DNA from: a candidate division WWE3 bacterium RIFOXYC1_FULL_40_10
GTDB lineage: Bacteria > Patescibacteriota > WWE3 > UBA101185 > UBA10185
NCBI GenBank assembly: GCA_001773215.1
Contig: MEWB01000001.1
Coordinates: forward strand, 478,479-542,478
Direction of reading: 5' to 3'
Length of the DNA stretch: 64,000 nt
Part shown: positions 33,528-43,294 of the stretch, one piece after another
How positions within the stretch are numbered: the stretch's first letter is position 1
How the letters are laid out: each line of letters begins with the position of its first letter
Position numbers and translations under genes: made by a program
Notes under the pieces: generated by a model
Databases searched by the model: none
Seen by the model: the letters and a program-made list of their open reading frames with translations, nothing else
What the model was told of the DNA's origin: nothing

Positions 33528-34154
33528 ATGAGTCCTGTAACACTTTATAAAAAACAAAAACAAATATTAGACTTTATCTCACAATATATCCAAACAAATG
33601 GATCCTCCCCTACTTTACAAGAAATTGCCGACGCCATGGGACTTTCTTCTTTGGCCACAGTACACGAACACCTTCAGGCTCTAGAAAAAAAACATGTTAT
33701 CCGCCGATTCGAAGGCGCAGTCAGAGGAATCGAAGTTATATCCGAAGCCATTAATGCAACACTCAACGCAATCGAACTTCCTCTTGTAGGCTATATTGCA
33801 GCTGGGGAACCCATCGAGGCTATCGAAAACCCACTTGAGACTGTAGCAGTATCCGCTGATTTAGTATCAAAAACCAAAAGATGCTTTGTTCTACAGGTTA
33901 AAGGCGATTCCATGATAGATGAGGCAATACGCGATGGAGACCACGTAGTTATTCAGCAACAAGATACAGCCCATAATGGCCAAATCGTAGTGGCATTAAT
34001 TGACAATGAATTTGCCACGCTGAAAACCTATTATAGAGAGAAAAACGGGAAAATTCGGCTACAGCCAGCCAACATAAACATGGATCCGATTATAGTGGAC
34101 GAAAAGTCACTAAAAATCCAAGGAGTAGTAACCGGAGTGGTTAGAAGATACTAG
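33528..34154 (+). CDS. lexA: SOS repressor LexA (S24 peptidase)
   Basis: N-terminal winged HTH. Ala-Gly autocleavage site (YIAAGEP). Ser/Lys dyad region (KGDSM ... RLQPAN). AAGGA RBS. Confidence 0.9.
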   Translation: MSPVTLYKKQKQILDFISQYIQTNGSSPTLQEIADAMGLSSLATVHEHLQALEKKHVIRRFEGAVRGIEVISEAINATLNAIELPLVGYIAAGEPIEAIENPLETVAVSADLVSKTKRCFVLQVKGDSMIDEAIRDGDHVVIQQQDTAHNGQIVVALIDNEFATLKTYYREKNGKIRLQPANINMDPIIVDEKSLKIQGVVTGVVRRY

Positions 34155-34835
34155 CTACTTGAACACTCTGTACTTAATAAGGTGAAGAAGCTTCTCTTTT
34201 AGTTTCTCCCAAAGAGACTTTTGATTCTCCTTATATATATGGTAAATCGGCGGGGCTATAGAGAGAACAATTATCACCAGAACAATAGGTAAAATGTACT
34301 TATCGGCATCAGGAATTACACTTCCTAAGAAATACCCTAGTGCAACCATACCCCAAACCCAAACAGTTCCTCCTATGAAATTGAAGAAGGTGAATTTTTT
34401 GTGATCCATTTTTCCAATACCCGCAACAATAGGGGCGAATGTTCTAACTACCGGTATAAATCTAGCCAAGGTAATAGCTTTACCACCATGCTTTTCATAA
34501 AACTCTTGGGCTTTTAGTATGTTTTTGGGGTTAAAGAATAAAGATTGTTCACGTCGAAATAAGGCCGGTCCTACTCTCCTGCCGAATTCATATCCAACAT
34601 TGTCACCGGCTACAGCCGCTATCCAAGCACCTATCGCAAGAACCCAAAAGTTAAACAAACCAAAATCAGGGGACGATAACAGACCGGCAGTAAACAATAA
34701 ACTATCCCCCGGGAGAAAAAAGCCGATCAACAATCCCGACTCTGCAAAAATAATGCTGAAAACTCCAATCAATCCTACTGCTTGTATTAGTGCCATCAGG
34801 TCGTGGCTAAAAACCGCATTTAGTACTTCTTGCAT
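34155..34835 (-). CDS. DedA/SNARE-associated (VTT domain) membrane protein
   Basis: GFFLPGDSLLFTAGLL motif and multi-TM profile. 226 aa. Confidence 0.75.
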   Translation of the reverse strand: MQEVLNAVFSHDLMALIQAVGLIGVFSIIFAESGLLIGFFLPGDSLLFTAGLLSSPDFGLFNFWVLAIGAWIAAVAGDNVGYEFGRRVGPALFRREQSLFFNPKNILKAQEFYEKHGGKAITLARFIPVVRTFAPIVAGIGKMDHKKFTFFNFIGGTVWVWGMVALGYFLGSVIPDADKYILPIVLVIIVLSIAPPIYHIYKENQKSLWEKLKEKLLHLIKYRVFK

Positions 34836-34876
34836 GTGTTACATGGTAACACATTTAGTGATATTCTTAGAAGAGG

Positions 34877-35593
34877 ATGAATGACTATCTAATCAAAGCC
34901 AAGGAAATTCTAGGAGATAAGTATAATTCTTATTCGGAAACTAAAATCATCGAAGCGATGGAGTATTTAAGCTACAAAACAGCCGTGACCGAATTACCAA
35001 AAACAACTGATACCGAATATCCCATCCTTTATGTTTTCAGACACGGCCAAACTGAAGATAACGAGAGTATGATCTTCAGCGGCTGGAGAGATTCGCCCTT
35101 AACTCAGAAAGGGAAAGATCAAGCTTTATCACTCGCTCCCAAACTGGCAAATAAAAAAATCCAGCTGTTAGTTTCTTCTCCCCAGATTAGAGCCATTGAA
35201 ACTATGAAAATAGCTATTTCACATAACGAAAAGGCGAAGGATCTTACGATCCAAACCGACCCAAGGATTATGGAGCGTAATTATGGAGAATACCAGGGTA
35301 AAAGTAAGTTAGAGATCCAACTGGAAGATCCAGAAAAACTTATGCTTGTTAGAAGATCTTTTTCTGTGCCTCCGGAAGGTGGTGAAAGCATTGAAACAGT
35401 GTGTAAACGGGTGACTGACTTTTGTGAAGAGATCGTTCCCTTGATGAAAAGAGATAATATTAGTGTTGCAGTATCGTGCCATGGAAACTCGATTCGGGGA
35501 TTTCGAAGGTATTTCGAAAAACTAACCGACGAAGAAACTGCACAGATCGAAACACCTTTGGGCCAGAATTACGCGGCATATTCCGTAATATAA
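34877..35593 (+). CDS. Histidine phosphatase superfamily (phosphoglycerate mutase-like) protein
   Basis: RHG catalytic motif (YVFRHGQTEDN) and a downstream His (SCHGNSIRG). Confidence 0.8.
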   Translation: MNDYLIKAKEILGDKYNSYSETKIIEAMEYLSYKTAVTELPKTTDTEYPILYVFRHGQTEDNESMIFSGWRDSPLTQKGKDQALSLAPKLANKKIQLLVSSPQIRAIETMKIAISHNEKAKDLTIQTDPRIMERNYGEYQGKSKLEIQLEDPEKLMLVRRSFSVPPEGGESIETVCKRVTDFCEEIVPLMKRDNISVAVSCHGNSIRGFRRYFEKLTDEETAQIETPLGQNYAAYSVI

Positions 35594-35595
35594 GG

Positions 35596-36828
35596 CTATC
35601 CATTAATATCAGAATAAATGTCTAACAACCGATTGTACTTCACTACTCTTTCGCCTCTTACTGGGGAACCCGCTTTTAGAAAATCTGCCTCCACCGCAAT
35701 CGCCAAGTCTGCTATAAACGAATCCTCTGCTGTGTCACCGCTTCGATGTGACACAATGATACTCATTTTGTTATTCCTTGCCAGTCTAATAAAATCAAAG
35801 GTTTCGCTAAGAGTTCCAACTTGATTGGGCTTTACAATTACCGAATTCGCCATTTTTTTGGATATTGTTGCTTCAAGCAACTTAGCGTTGGTGACAACCA
35901 AATCATCTGCTACCAGCATTATTTTTTTACTAAACCTGGAATAAGCATCCACCCAGCCCTTATAATCTCGCTCGTAAAAAGGATCCTCCAAGTATATTAT
36001 TTCGTACTCATTGAGAATTTTTTCGTAATAATCATTCAGCTGGGAAGGCTCCAACTCCAAACTTTCCTCAGGAATTACGTATTTGTCTTGGTGATGAAAG
36101 GATTCTGCGGCGGCATCCAAACCGAAGAATATGTCAGTACCAACAACAAAATTTTCACCGGCCGCAGACTTTATAAGCTCCAAGGCTCTTGGTAATGTTA
36201 AACCCTCTGGTGCAAAACCTCCTTCATCTCCCACCCCGGTTGAAAATCCTTTTTCCTCCAGATTTTTTTTAAGTGTTTTATAAACAGAAGTACCCATTTC
36301 TAGTGCCTCAACTATAGTCTTGCTTGTAGAAGGGATAACCATAAATTCCTGGAAAGACAACCCATTGGAAGCGTGCTTTCCCCCGTTTATTACATTAAAT
36401 AATGGTGTCGGAAATTTCAGGAAACTTGTGTCCGGGACCCTTCCTGAATACAAAAAAGCCAAGTGCTCATATAACTCAAGCTTCCGCGATTCAGCAACCG
36501 CCTTGGCCACTCCCAAAGAAACAGACAGCATACTGTTGCCTCCTAAGTGCTGTTTGTTTGGAGTGCCGTCCATATCTATTAGTATTCTATCGATTTTTTC
36601 CTGATCTTCAGCATCTTCACCTACTAAAGCATCGTTAATGGCATGACTAACTATCTCAACGGCAGTTTCAACAGGAATACTAATAGCTTCAAGCTCACCT
36701 TTTGAGGCACCCTCGGGAACAGTTTGGGAAACTACAGTACCATCATCCAGATGAATAACCGTGTCGATTGTCCAGTCACCCCTGGAATTCAGGTTTTTGT
36801 GGCACTTTATTAGCTGAATTTTTGGCAT
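35596..36828 (-). CDS. eno: Enolase (phosphopyruvate hydratase)
   Basis: SHRSGDTAEDSFIADLAIAV signature and KPNQVGTLSE. The start overlaps the ppsA stop (TAATG). Confidence 0.95.
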   Translation of the reverse strand: MPKIQLIKCHKNLNSRGDWTIDTVIHLDDGTVVSQTVPEGASKGELEAISIPVETAVEIVSHAINDALVGEDAEDQEKIDRILIDMDGTPNKQHLGGNSMLSVSLGVAKAVAESRKLELYEHLAFLYSGRVPDTSFLKFPTPLFNVINGGKHASNGLSFQEFMVIPSTSKTIVEALEMGTSVYKTLKKNLEEKGFSTGVGDEGGFAPEGLTLPRALELIKSAAGENFVVGTDIFFGLDAAAESFHHQDKYVIPEESLELEPSQLNDYYEKILNEYEIIYLEDPFYERDYKGWVDAYSRFSKKIMLVADDLVVTNAKLLEATISKKMANSVIVKPNQVGTLSETFDFIRLARNNKMSIIVSHRSGDTAEDSFIADLAIAVEADFLKAGSPVRGERVVKYNRLLDIYSDING

Positions 36829-39086
36829 TATTTTTTACCTGATAAAACCTTTTTCTCTGCCTCGTAAACTATTTTTCGAGTTTTATCTATAACGTCAGGG
36901 CTAACTGACACCGAAGTGATACCCCACTGTACCAGCATTTCAACAAGAGCCGGAAAGACCGAAGGGGCTTGCCCGCACATCGAGCATGTTATTTGTCTTT
37001 TCCTGCACGAAGTGACTAGCTTCTTTAGGGAGTCCAATACGGCCGGATTCATTTCATTGTAAGTATCCGCAACTCTTTCATTATCCCTGTCTACACCTAA
37101 GGTGAGCATCGTTAGGTCGTTGGACCCAATAGAAATACCATCTATACCCACATCTATAAAGTCGTCGATTAGTATTACGTTCGAAGGGATCTCCGCCATC
37201 ATCCAAAGCTTAAAGTTGGCACTTCTTCTCAAATCATGCGCGGACAAAACTTTTTTTACATCCTCCATCTGTTCTACCGTTCTAACAAAGGGCATCATCA
37301 CCCATAGATTCTTATACCCCATTTTGTTTCTAACTCTCTTTATAGCCTCAATCTCCATTAAAAACACTTCGGGCTCTTTTAGATACCTCGACACTCCTCT
37401 ATAACCAATCATCGGATTAGGTTCAGCTGTCTCATACTTATGACCCCATTTAAGATTCGCATACTCGTTGGATTTGAAGTCGGTAAATCTATATACAACA
37501 GGTCGTTCTCCAAAAGCTTCCGCAAACTTTGCCAAGCCTTCAGATAGCTGCTCGATGTATTCCTTCTTTTTACCGGTATCAACATATCTTCTAGGATGTG
37601 TGCCTATGTTTGCCATAATAAACTCCGCCCTTAACAACCCGACACCATCCACATTACGCTTCGCCATATCTCCCGCCAATTCCGGTTCCGCCAGGTTCAC
37701 GTATATTTTGGTGGCTGTTTTTAATTGCAAGGAAGATAGTGTTTCTTTTACCATTTTTTTCGTAGTAACATCTCCCTCATAAACCCTACCGTCCGAACCA
37801 TCCACAGTGATCTCCTCGCCCGTTGACAACATCTTAGTAGCGTTTGTTGTTCCAACAACCGCAGGTACTCCAAGTTCCCTGCTAACTATAGCCGCGTGGC
37901 TGGTTCTCCCTCCCAAATCTGTTACGATTGCTGATGCTCGTTTCATAGCGGGCACATAATCGGGATTAGTCATTTCGGCAACCAATATATCCCCGGGAGT
38001 TATTTTATTTATCTCGGACGAACGTTTTATAATTTGCACTTTTCCACTGGCAATACCGGGAGAAGCAGCCAGGCCTTCAAGTAAAAGCTTCATTCTTTTC
38101 GAATCATCCAAGGAAACTTCTTCGTGCTCCTTCTGCTTCAATGTAGTAACAGGCCGAGACTGGACGATATACAAAATTCCATTCTCTATACCCCATTCAA
38201 TATCCTGTGGTTTACCATAATGTTTCTCGATTTTCATTCCCATCGCTGCAACTTCCAACGCCTTTTTATCACTAATCTTTTGTTTCTTCTGGTGCATTTT
38301 AGAAATTTTTGTCACTCCTGCCAAGGTAAGTTGCCAATCCTGTTTGGATATAAATTTCGATGTTATTTTTCCGGTTTTTTTATTAATAATAAACTGGTCA
38401 GGTGTTACCTCTCCAGAAACTACCGGCTGACCTAACCCATAAGCTGCTTCTACCGAAACCTCATCTCTATTATTAGTTAAGGGGTTTACCGTAAATAGTA
38501 TCCCGGATATATCTGATTGCACCATTAATTGCACCGGCACGGCTATTCCTACCTTAAAGTGGGAATACCCATTGGTAGATCTATAAAATATTGCACGTGC
38601 TTCAAACAAAGAAGCCCAACACATCTGAACATGCTTAACTACGTCTGCCCAACCCTTAATATTTAAGTAAGTTTCCTGCTGCCCTGCAAAGGAGGCATCC
38701 GGAAGGTCTTCGGCAGTTGCAGATGACCTCACCGCAACCAACCTATCATATTCTCCAGAAAGTTGGTGGTAGCTATCTTTTATTTCTTCGGCAAGCTCCT
38801 CGGGCATTTCAGCGGCTTTAACTGCCACCTTAATCCTGCGTGAAGCTTCCTGAAGTTTTTTGGAATCATTTACATCAAGTCCGCCTAATTCTTCCAATAT
38901 TTTCTTTTTAAGTGAGGTAGTTTTCAAAAAGTCAAAATATGCAGTAGCCGTTACTACAAAGCCGTTTGGCACTGGAATCTTCGCATTAGTCATCTCACCA
39001 AGGTTGGCCCCTTTTCCGCCAACTAATGGAATATCGTTTTTATGAATATCCTTAAACCAAAGGATTTGGGCAGTATTTTTGTTCAT
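36828..39086 (-). CDS. ppsA: Phosphoenolpyruvate synthase (pyruvate, water dikinase)
   Basis: N-terminal PEP/pyruvate-binding ATP-grasp region. Mobile phospho-His domain GGRTSHAAIVSRELGVPAVVG. C-terminal PEP-utilizing TIM barrel. Confidence 0.85.
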   Translation of the reverse strand: MNKNTAQILWFKDIHKNDIPLVGGKGANLGEMTNAKIPVPNGFVVTATAYFDFLKTTSLKKKILEELGGLDVNDSKKLQEASRRIKVAVKAAEMPEELAEEIKDSYHQLSGEYDRLVAVRSSATAEDLPDASFAGQQETYLNIKGWADVVKHVQMCWASLFEARAIFYRSTNGYSHFKVGIAVPVQLMVQSDISGILFTVNPLTNNRDEVSVEAAYGLGQPVVSGEVTPDQFIINKKTGKITSKFISKQDWQLTLAGVTKISKMHQKKQKISDKKALEVAAMGMKIEKHYGKPQDIEWGIENGILYIVQSRPVTTLKQKEHEEVSLDDSKRMKLLLEGLAASPGIASGKVQIIKRSSEINKITPGDILVAEMTNPDYVPAMKRASAIVTDLGGRTSHAAIVSRELGVPAVVGTTNATKMLSTGEEITVDGSDGRVYEGDVTTKKMVKETLSSLQLKTATKIYVNLAEPELAGDMAKRNVDGVGLLRAEFIMANIGTHPRRYVDTGKKKEYIEQLSEGLAKFAEAFGERPVVYRFTDFKSNEYANLKWGHKYETAEPNPMIGYRGVSRYLKEPEVFLMEIEAIKRVRNKMGYKNLWVMMPFVRTVEQMEDVKKVLSAHDLRRSANFKLWMMAEIPSNVILIDDFIDVGIDGISIGSNDLTMLTLGVDRDNERVADTYNEMNPAVLDSLKKLVTSCRKRQITCSMCGQAPSVFPALVEMLVQWGITSVSVSPDVIDKTRKIVYEAEKKVLSGKK

Positions 39087-39098
39087 ATATCTATGCTA

Positions 39099-40481
39099 TC
39101 ACAGATCGAAATTAATCTTAATATCGAATCCTTTGAATAGTTGCTCAACTTTGTTTATAAGAGCGGCCTTCTCCCGTTCCGAAGAACCGCCTAGTCTAAC
39201 ACTAATGTTAGGTGTTGTATTTGAGGCTCTGATTAGAAACCACGCGGTCGGAGAAATATTTGCTCTAATACCGTCAAGTTCAATATAATTTTCAACATCC
39301 TCATCATTCTTAACCTTCTCGGAGAGGCTTTTTACCAGCCTAAATTTGTCCTCATCTCGCACAGGTACCTTTACCTCCGGAGTTGAAAATTGTCTAGGAA
39401 CAATTTTCAACAGCTCTGACAAAGTTTTGGGCTGATTGCTAATTATTTCGGCTATTCGACAAGCTGAATAAATCCCATCATCATACCCATAATACCTGTC
39501 TGCGAAAAACATATGTCCCGAATACTCGGCGCCTACACTCCCTCCATTTTTCACTTCTTCAAAAACATATGGATGCCCTGTTCTAGTCATAACCGGAATC
39601 CCATGACGAGACTTAATAAAATTGTCAATCTCTCCTGAACCTTTAACATCGTAAACTATTTTTTCATGGGGATTCCTATGTAATAGATCAGCGGCCACAA
39701 GCATTAAAATTTCATCTGTACTATAAGAAACACCTTTTTCATCCACAACCCCAAATCTATCAGCATCAGTATCAAATCCGAAACCCACATCAGCCTTATT
39801 TTCCAGTACTTGCTTCTCCAGTGACTTTAAAAAGAGAGGATTTTCCGGATCAGGAATTCCATGGGGAAACTTACTGTTATACTCGCAATAAAGGGGTACT
39901 ACTTCGTAGCCCATACCTTGGAAAACCTGCTGTGCTAGCTCACTTGCTGTTCCGTTTCCACAGTCGAGTACTACCTTTAGCTTCCTTTTAGCCTTAAATT
40001 TCTCGATCAAAAAGCCAATATATTTCTTTGTTAAATCTTCCTCATCGTAGTCACCAGATCCCGTATCGAAATCCTCCTTTTCTATCATATTCAATAGCTT
40101 TTTTATATCCGCCCCATAAACAGGCTCTGCACCGGCATAATCCAATCTAAATCCATTAAATTCCTCCGGATTGTGGCTAGCGGTAACTTCAGTACCCGCA
40201 TCAAATGCGGAACCACATGTTAAAAAGTGAATTACAGGGGTAGCGGTTATTCCAATGTGTGTTACATTAATCCCTGTTGATAAAAGGCCTTTTATATAGC
40301 TTTGTGTTAGAAACAAGGAACTCTTCCTATTATCTCTGCCAACCACTATTGATTTACCCATTCTTCTCTTAACCATGCTTCCAAAGGCTCTCCCTATAAC
40401 ATATGAAACCTCTTCATTCAGATCCGTTGGATATACACCTCTGATATCGTAATCCCTAAAAATTTGTGGTTTTATTTTCAT
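39099..40481 (-). CDS. Phosphoglucomutase/phosphomannomutase family protein (alpha-D-phosphohexomutase)
   Basis: TASHNPEEFNGF phosphoserine motif, Mg-binding DxDxDR (GFDTDADR) and sugar-binding GEESG-like region. Start set at MKIKPQ (GGAGGAG RBS); its ATG overlaps the HK stop (ATGA). Confidence 0.85.
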   Translation of the reverse strand: MKIKPQIFRDYDIRGVYPTDLNEEVSYVIGRAFGSMVKRRMGKSIVVGRDNRKSSLFLTQSYIKGLLSTGINVTHIGITATPVIHFLTCGSAFDAGTEVTASHNPEEFNGFRLDYAGAEPVYGADIKKLLNMIEKEDFDTGSGDYDEEDLTKKYIGFLIEKFKAKRKLKVVLDCGNGTASELAQQVFQGMGYEVVPLYCEYNSKFPHGIPDPENPLFLKSLEKQVLENKADVGFGFDTDADRFGVVDEKGVSYSTDEILMLVAADLLHRNPHEKIVYDVKGSGEIDNFIKSRHGIPVMTRTGHPYVFEEVKNGGSVGAEYSGHMFFADRYYGYDDGIYSACRIAEIISNQPKTLSELLKIVPRQFSTPEVKVPVRDEDKFRLVKSLSEKVKNDEDVENYIELDGIRANISPTAWFLIRASNTTPNISVRLGGSSEREKAALINKVEQLFKGFDIKINFDL

Positions 40482-41344
40482 AGAGCTACTTCTCCTCCAA
40501 AGGAATTTATTGGGAGGTCGAAAATGAAACATGCTCCTTTAGGCTTATTGTCCTCAATCCATATCTTGCCTCCATGAGCTTCTATTATCCCCTTCGCAAT
40601 TACCAAACCCAATCCGGTACCTTTGTCCTTATCCGAATTACCATTGTTATGCCCTTGCATAAATTTATGAAATAAGGTTTCTTTGTCCATATCAGGAATC
40701 CCAATACCGGTATCACTTACTCGAATTTCAATCCCATTAGCTATTTGAATAACCCGTATAGTAATTTCGCCGTCCTTAGGAGTAAATTTTATTGCATTAC
40801 TCAGTAAATTATTTAATACCTGTCTTAGTCTCTCGGCATCGAATGCCAACTCATTGTAATCTGACTTTACATCAAGAGTTAAATGTATCCCCTTAACTTG
40901 AATTAGCGGATCAATATACGAGGTTACTTCTTTAATTAGCTCTATTAAGTTCCCTCTAACCTTATGTATCTCAAATTTCCCAGCCTTCATTTTGGATACA
41001 TCCAATATGTCATTTACCAATCCCAACAATCCGGTGGATGACTTTCGTATTTGGGAAAGCAGCATATGAATCTGATTAGCCTCGAGAGTGGCCAACTCTT
41101 TAATTAGTAAGTCTGATGCCCCTCTGATAACCGATAACGGGGACCTGAGTTCATGCACGAGCATCGCGATATAGTCATTATTTCCGGTTTGAATTTCGGG
41201 TGATGACGAAATATCCTTTTGAGATTCAAAAGCTACAAACTTCTTATAGGCCTCAGTGTATTCTTTTGACTTTTTATGAACTAAAACAAGTAGGAGAGTA
41301 ATTACAAAGGCCTCTAAAATTACACAGACTAAGAGCACCTGCAT
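40478..41344 (-). CDS. Sensor histidine kinase (single TM, no extracytoplasmic sensor domain)
   Basis: HisKA H-box LVHELRSPL. N, G1 and G2 boxes (LLSNAIKFT, DTGIGI, GTGLGL). Confidence 0.9.
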   Translation of the reverse strand: MQVLLVCVILEAFVITLLLVLVHKKSKEYTEAYKKFVAFESQKDISSSPEIQTGNNDYIAMLVHELRSPLSVIRGASDLLIKELATLEANQIHMLLSQIRKSSTGLLGLVNDILDVSKMKAGKFEIHKVRGNLIELIKEVTSYIDPLIQVKGIHLTLDVKSDYNELAFDAERLRQVLNNLLSNAIKFTPKDGEITIRVIQIANGIEIRVSDTGIGIPDMDKETLFHKFMQGHNNGNSDKDKGTGLGLVIAKGIIEAHGGKIWIEDNKPKGACFIFDLPINSFGGEVAL

Positions 41345-41350
41345 TTATTA

Positions 41351-41755
41351 TTATGAAACAACCTTAATACCTGACTCTTCCGGAGTTTCTCCCAAAAGAA
41401 CCGCAACCTTTTCAGGTAATTCGGAAGGAACTACATTATACTTGGAATAATAATCATCAGCCCCCAACTCCATGGCCCTTTTTACGTTGTCCTCCGTTCC
41501 AAAATTAGTGAGCATCACAACTTTCATATTTTTCGTTTCGTCCTTCTCGCGCAATTCTTTTAAGATGTCTAACCCATTCACACCAGGAAGTACTATATCC
41601 AAAAATATAAGATCAGGCTTCTCAACAAGAACTTTTTCAACGGCTTGAAAGCCTTCACTAACACGGACAACATTATAACCTTTAGCGTTTAGTGGGATAG
41701 AGAATGTATAGAAAAAGCTATCGTCATCTTCAATAAATAATACTTTTTTAGGCAT
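41351..41755 (-). CDS. Single-domain response regulator (CheY-like receiver)
   Basis: KVLFIEDDD...LDIVLPGVNGLD...MLT receiver motifs. The ORF-track N-terminal extension was rejected and the start set at MPKKVLFIEDDD (41755). Confidence 0.8.
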   Translation of the reverse strand: MPKKVLFIEDDDSFFYTFSIPLNAKGYNVVRVSEGFQAVEKVLVEKPDLIFLDIVLPGVNGLDILKELREKDETKNMKVVMLTNFGTEDNVKRAMELGADDYYSKYNVVPSELPEKVAVLLGETPEESGIKVVS

Positions 41756-41780
41756 ATATTGAATATTACATAAGTACCTT

Positions 41781-42839
41781 GTGTCTATCAAGAGGAAGAT
41801 ATATTCTAATAAAATGATTAAAAAAGTAGGACTGGCGGTTTTTGCATTGGGCGTTACTCTGGCTACAACCTTTCTAATATTAAACTTCATGGTATTTGGA
41901 AAATTTAAGCTCGAGAATCTCAATCCATTCGGATCGGCAGGACCAATTAGTAAAGCCATAGAAAAGATCGAACTTGCTAAAGAAGGTGATAATTCGAAGC
42001 TTAAGGCTAAAGAAATAGTAAACATTTTATTAATCGGAATTGACCGTAGAAATAAGTCTCAAACTGGATTTAATACGGATGTAATGATCCTAGTGTCAAT
42101 AGACACACAAACTAAAAGGGTTCTACTTACGTCAGTTCCTCGAGACGTTTGGATAAACGGAAACAAAATCAACGCTCTCTATACAGTATTTGGGGAAGAG
42201 ACACTTGTGGACGCTTTTGAAAAAATTACCGGCCAAGACGTGGACGGATACATTAGGTGTGATTTTGAAGATTTCAGATGGATTATCGATGCAATGGGTG
42301 GAGTCCCGATCGATGTTGAGCGCTCCTTTACAGACAACACATTCCCTAATAACTCAGACACGGCAGTGGTTAGCGTAACCTTTACCCAAGGAAAAGAAAC
42401 GATGCCGGGAGATAGGGCCTTGATTTTTGCCCGATCGAGAAAAGGCAACAATGGTGAAGGCAGTGATTTAATGAGGGCTAAAAGACAACACTTGATACTT
42501 AAAGGAATGATCGAAGGTATTAGCCAGAGCAAAAGCCAATTTTGGCCCATGGATGTGGACTCCTTCTTTGGTACTGTGACGGCGACCGGGAAGATGCTTA
42601 CCACTTTAGAATTAGAAGACATCTATTATCTCTGGAGATTCTACGACGAAAGAGACCAATACAACATAGAGAGCTTTGTAATAGGCGACGACTATATATA
42701 CCACCCGGGATTATATCCGGCTAGCGACTATCACGCATGGGTATTTATACCACGTGACCCCACTTGGACGGTTTTACATACAGACATACGTAACAAACTG
42801 GATGGTACCTTTGTTGAGGAAATGGCACCAGCGAATTAA
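41781..42839 (+). CDS. LytR-CpsA-Psr (LCP) family cell-wall glycopolymer transferase
   Basis: N-terminal TM and LCP core LLIGIDRR...TDVMILVSID...LTSVPRDVWI. GTG start at 41781 or ATG at 41814. Confidence 0.85.
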   Translation: MSIKRKIYSNKMIKKVGLAVFALGVTLATTFLILNFMVFGKFKLENLNPFGSAGPISKAIEKIELAKEGDNSKLKAKEIVNILLIGIDRRNKSQTGFNTDVMILVSIDTQTKRVLLTSVPRDVWINGNKINALYTVFGEETLVDAFEKITGQDVDGYIRCDFEDFRWIIDAMGGVPIDVERSFTDNTFPNNSDTAVVSVTFTQGKETMPGDRALIFARSRKGNNGEGSDLMRAKRQHLILKGMIEGISQSKSQFWPMDVDSFFGTVTATGKMLTTLELEDIYYLWRFYDERDQYNIESFVIGDDYIYHPGLYPASDYHAWVFIPRDPTWTVLHTDIRNKLDGTFVEEMAPAN

Positions 42840-43228
42840 CTTGCGTGTAGAACATCCTCAAAATGCTCGATAACATACCGGCCGGGGACTTTGGTCAAGC
42901 AGATCAGATCCAGTCTCCAATCCTGTCCGTAATACTGAATAAGAGAAAGATATTTGTTTATTGCTCTTAACAACTTCCGCTGTTTTCTATACCCAAATAG
43001 CTCATATGGAGCGCAAAAGCCTGTTATTCCTATTGACTTCACTTCCACGAACACAGGGGGCTTAGCCCGCCCACAATCGACATCTAGTACTCCACAAGGA
43101 TCCGAAGCAATTAGATCAAGCTCACCCCCGTGGCAAGTCCAATTTCTCTCCAAGATCCGGTATCCTTTCTTTATTAGATATCTTTCCGCCAGCTTCTCCG
43201 CGCTCCTACCAAGCTCCCTTGTGTTCAC
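42836..43228 (-). CDS. yraN: YraN/UPF0102 family endonuclease-like protein
   Basis: 130 aa. AEKLAERYLIKKGYRILERNW...GELDLIA...VFVEVK matches the UPF0102 PD-(D/E)xK pattern. Confidence 0.75.
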   Translation of the reverse strand: MNTRELGRSAEKLAERYLIKKGYRILERNWTCHGGELDLIASDPCGVLDVDCGRAKPPVFVEVKSIGITGFCAPYELFGYRKQRKLLRAINKYLSLIQYYGQDWRLDLICLTKVPGRYVIEHFEDVLHAS

Positions 43229-43294
43229 AAAAATACAATAACAGATAGCGTTATTTTTAAAAGTAAGGAAATTCCACGAGCACTAGAATCAATA

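Noticed and set aside
41756-42025. ORF-track N-terminal extension of the response regulator (90 extra codons)
   Set aside because: The extension is hydrophobic and low-complexity, and it overlaps the divergent LCP gene. The canonical receiver begins at MPKKVLFIEDDD, so the start was moved to 41755.
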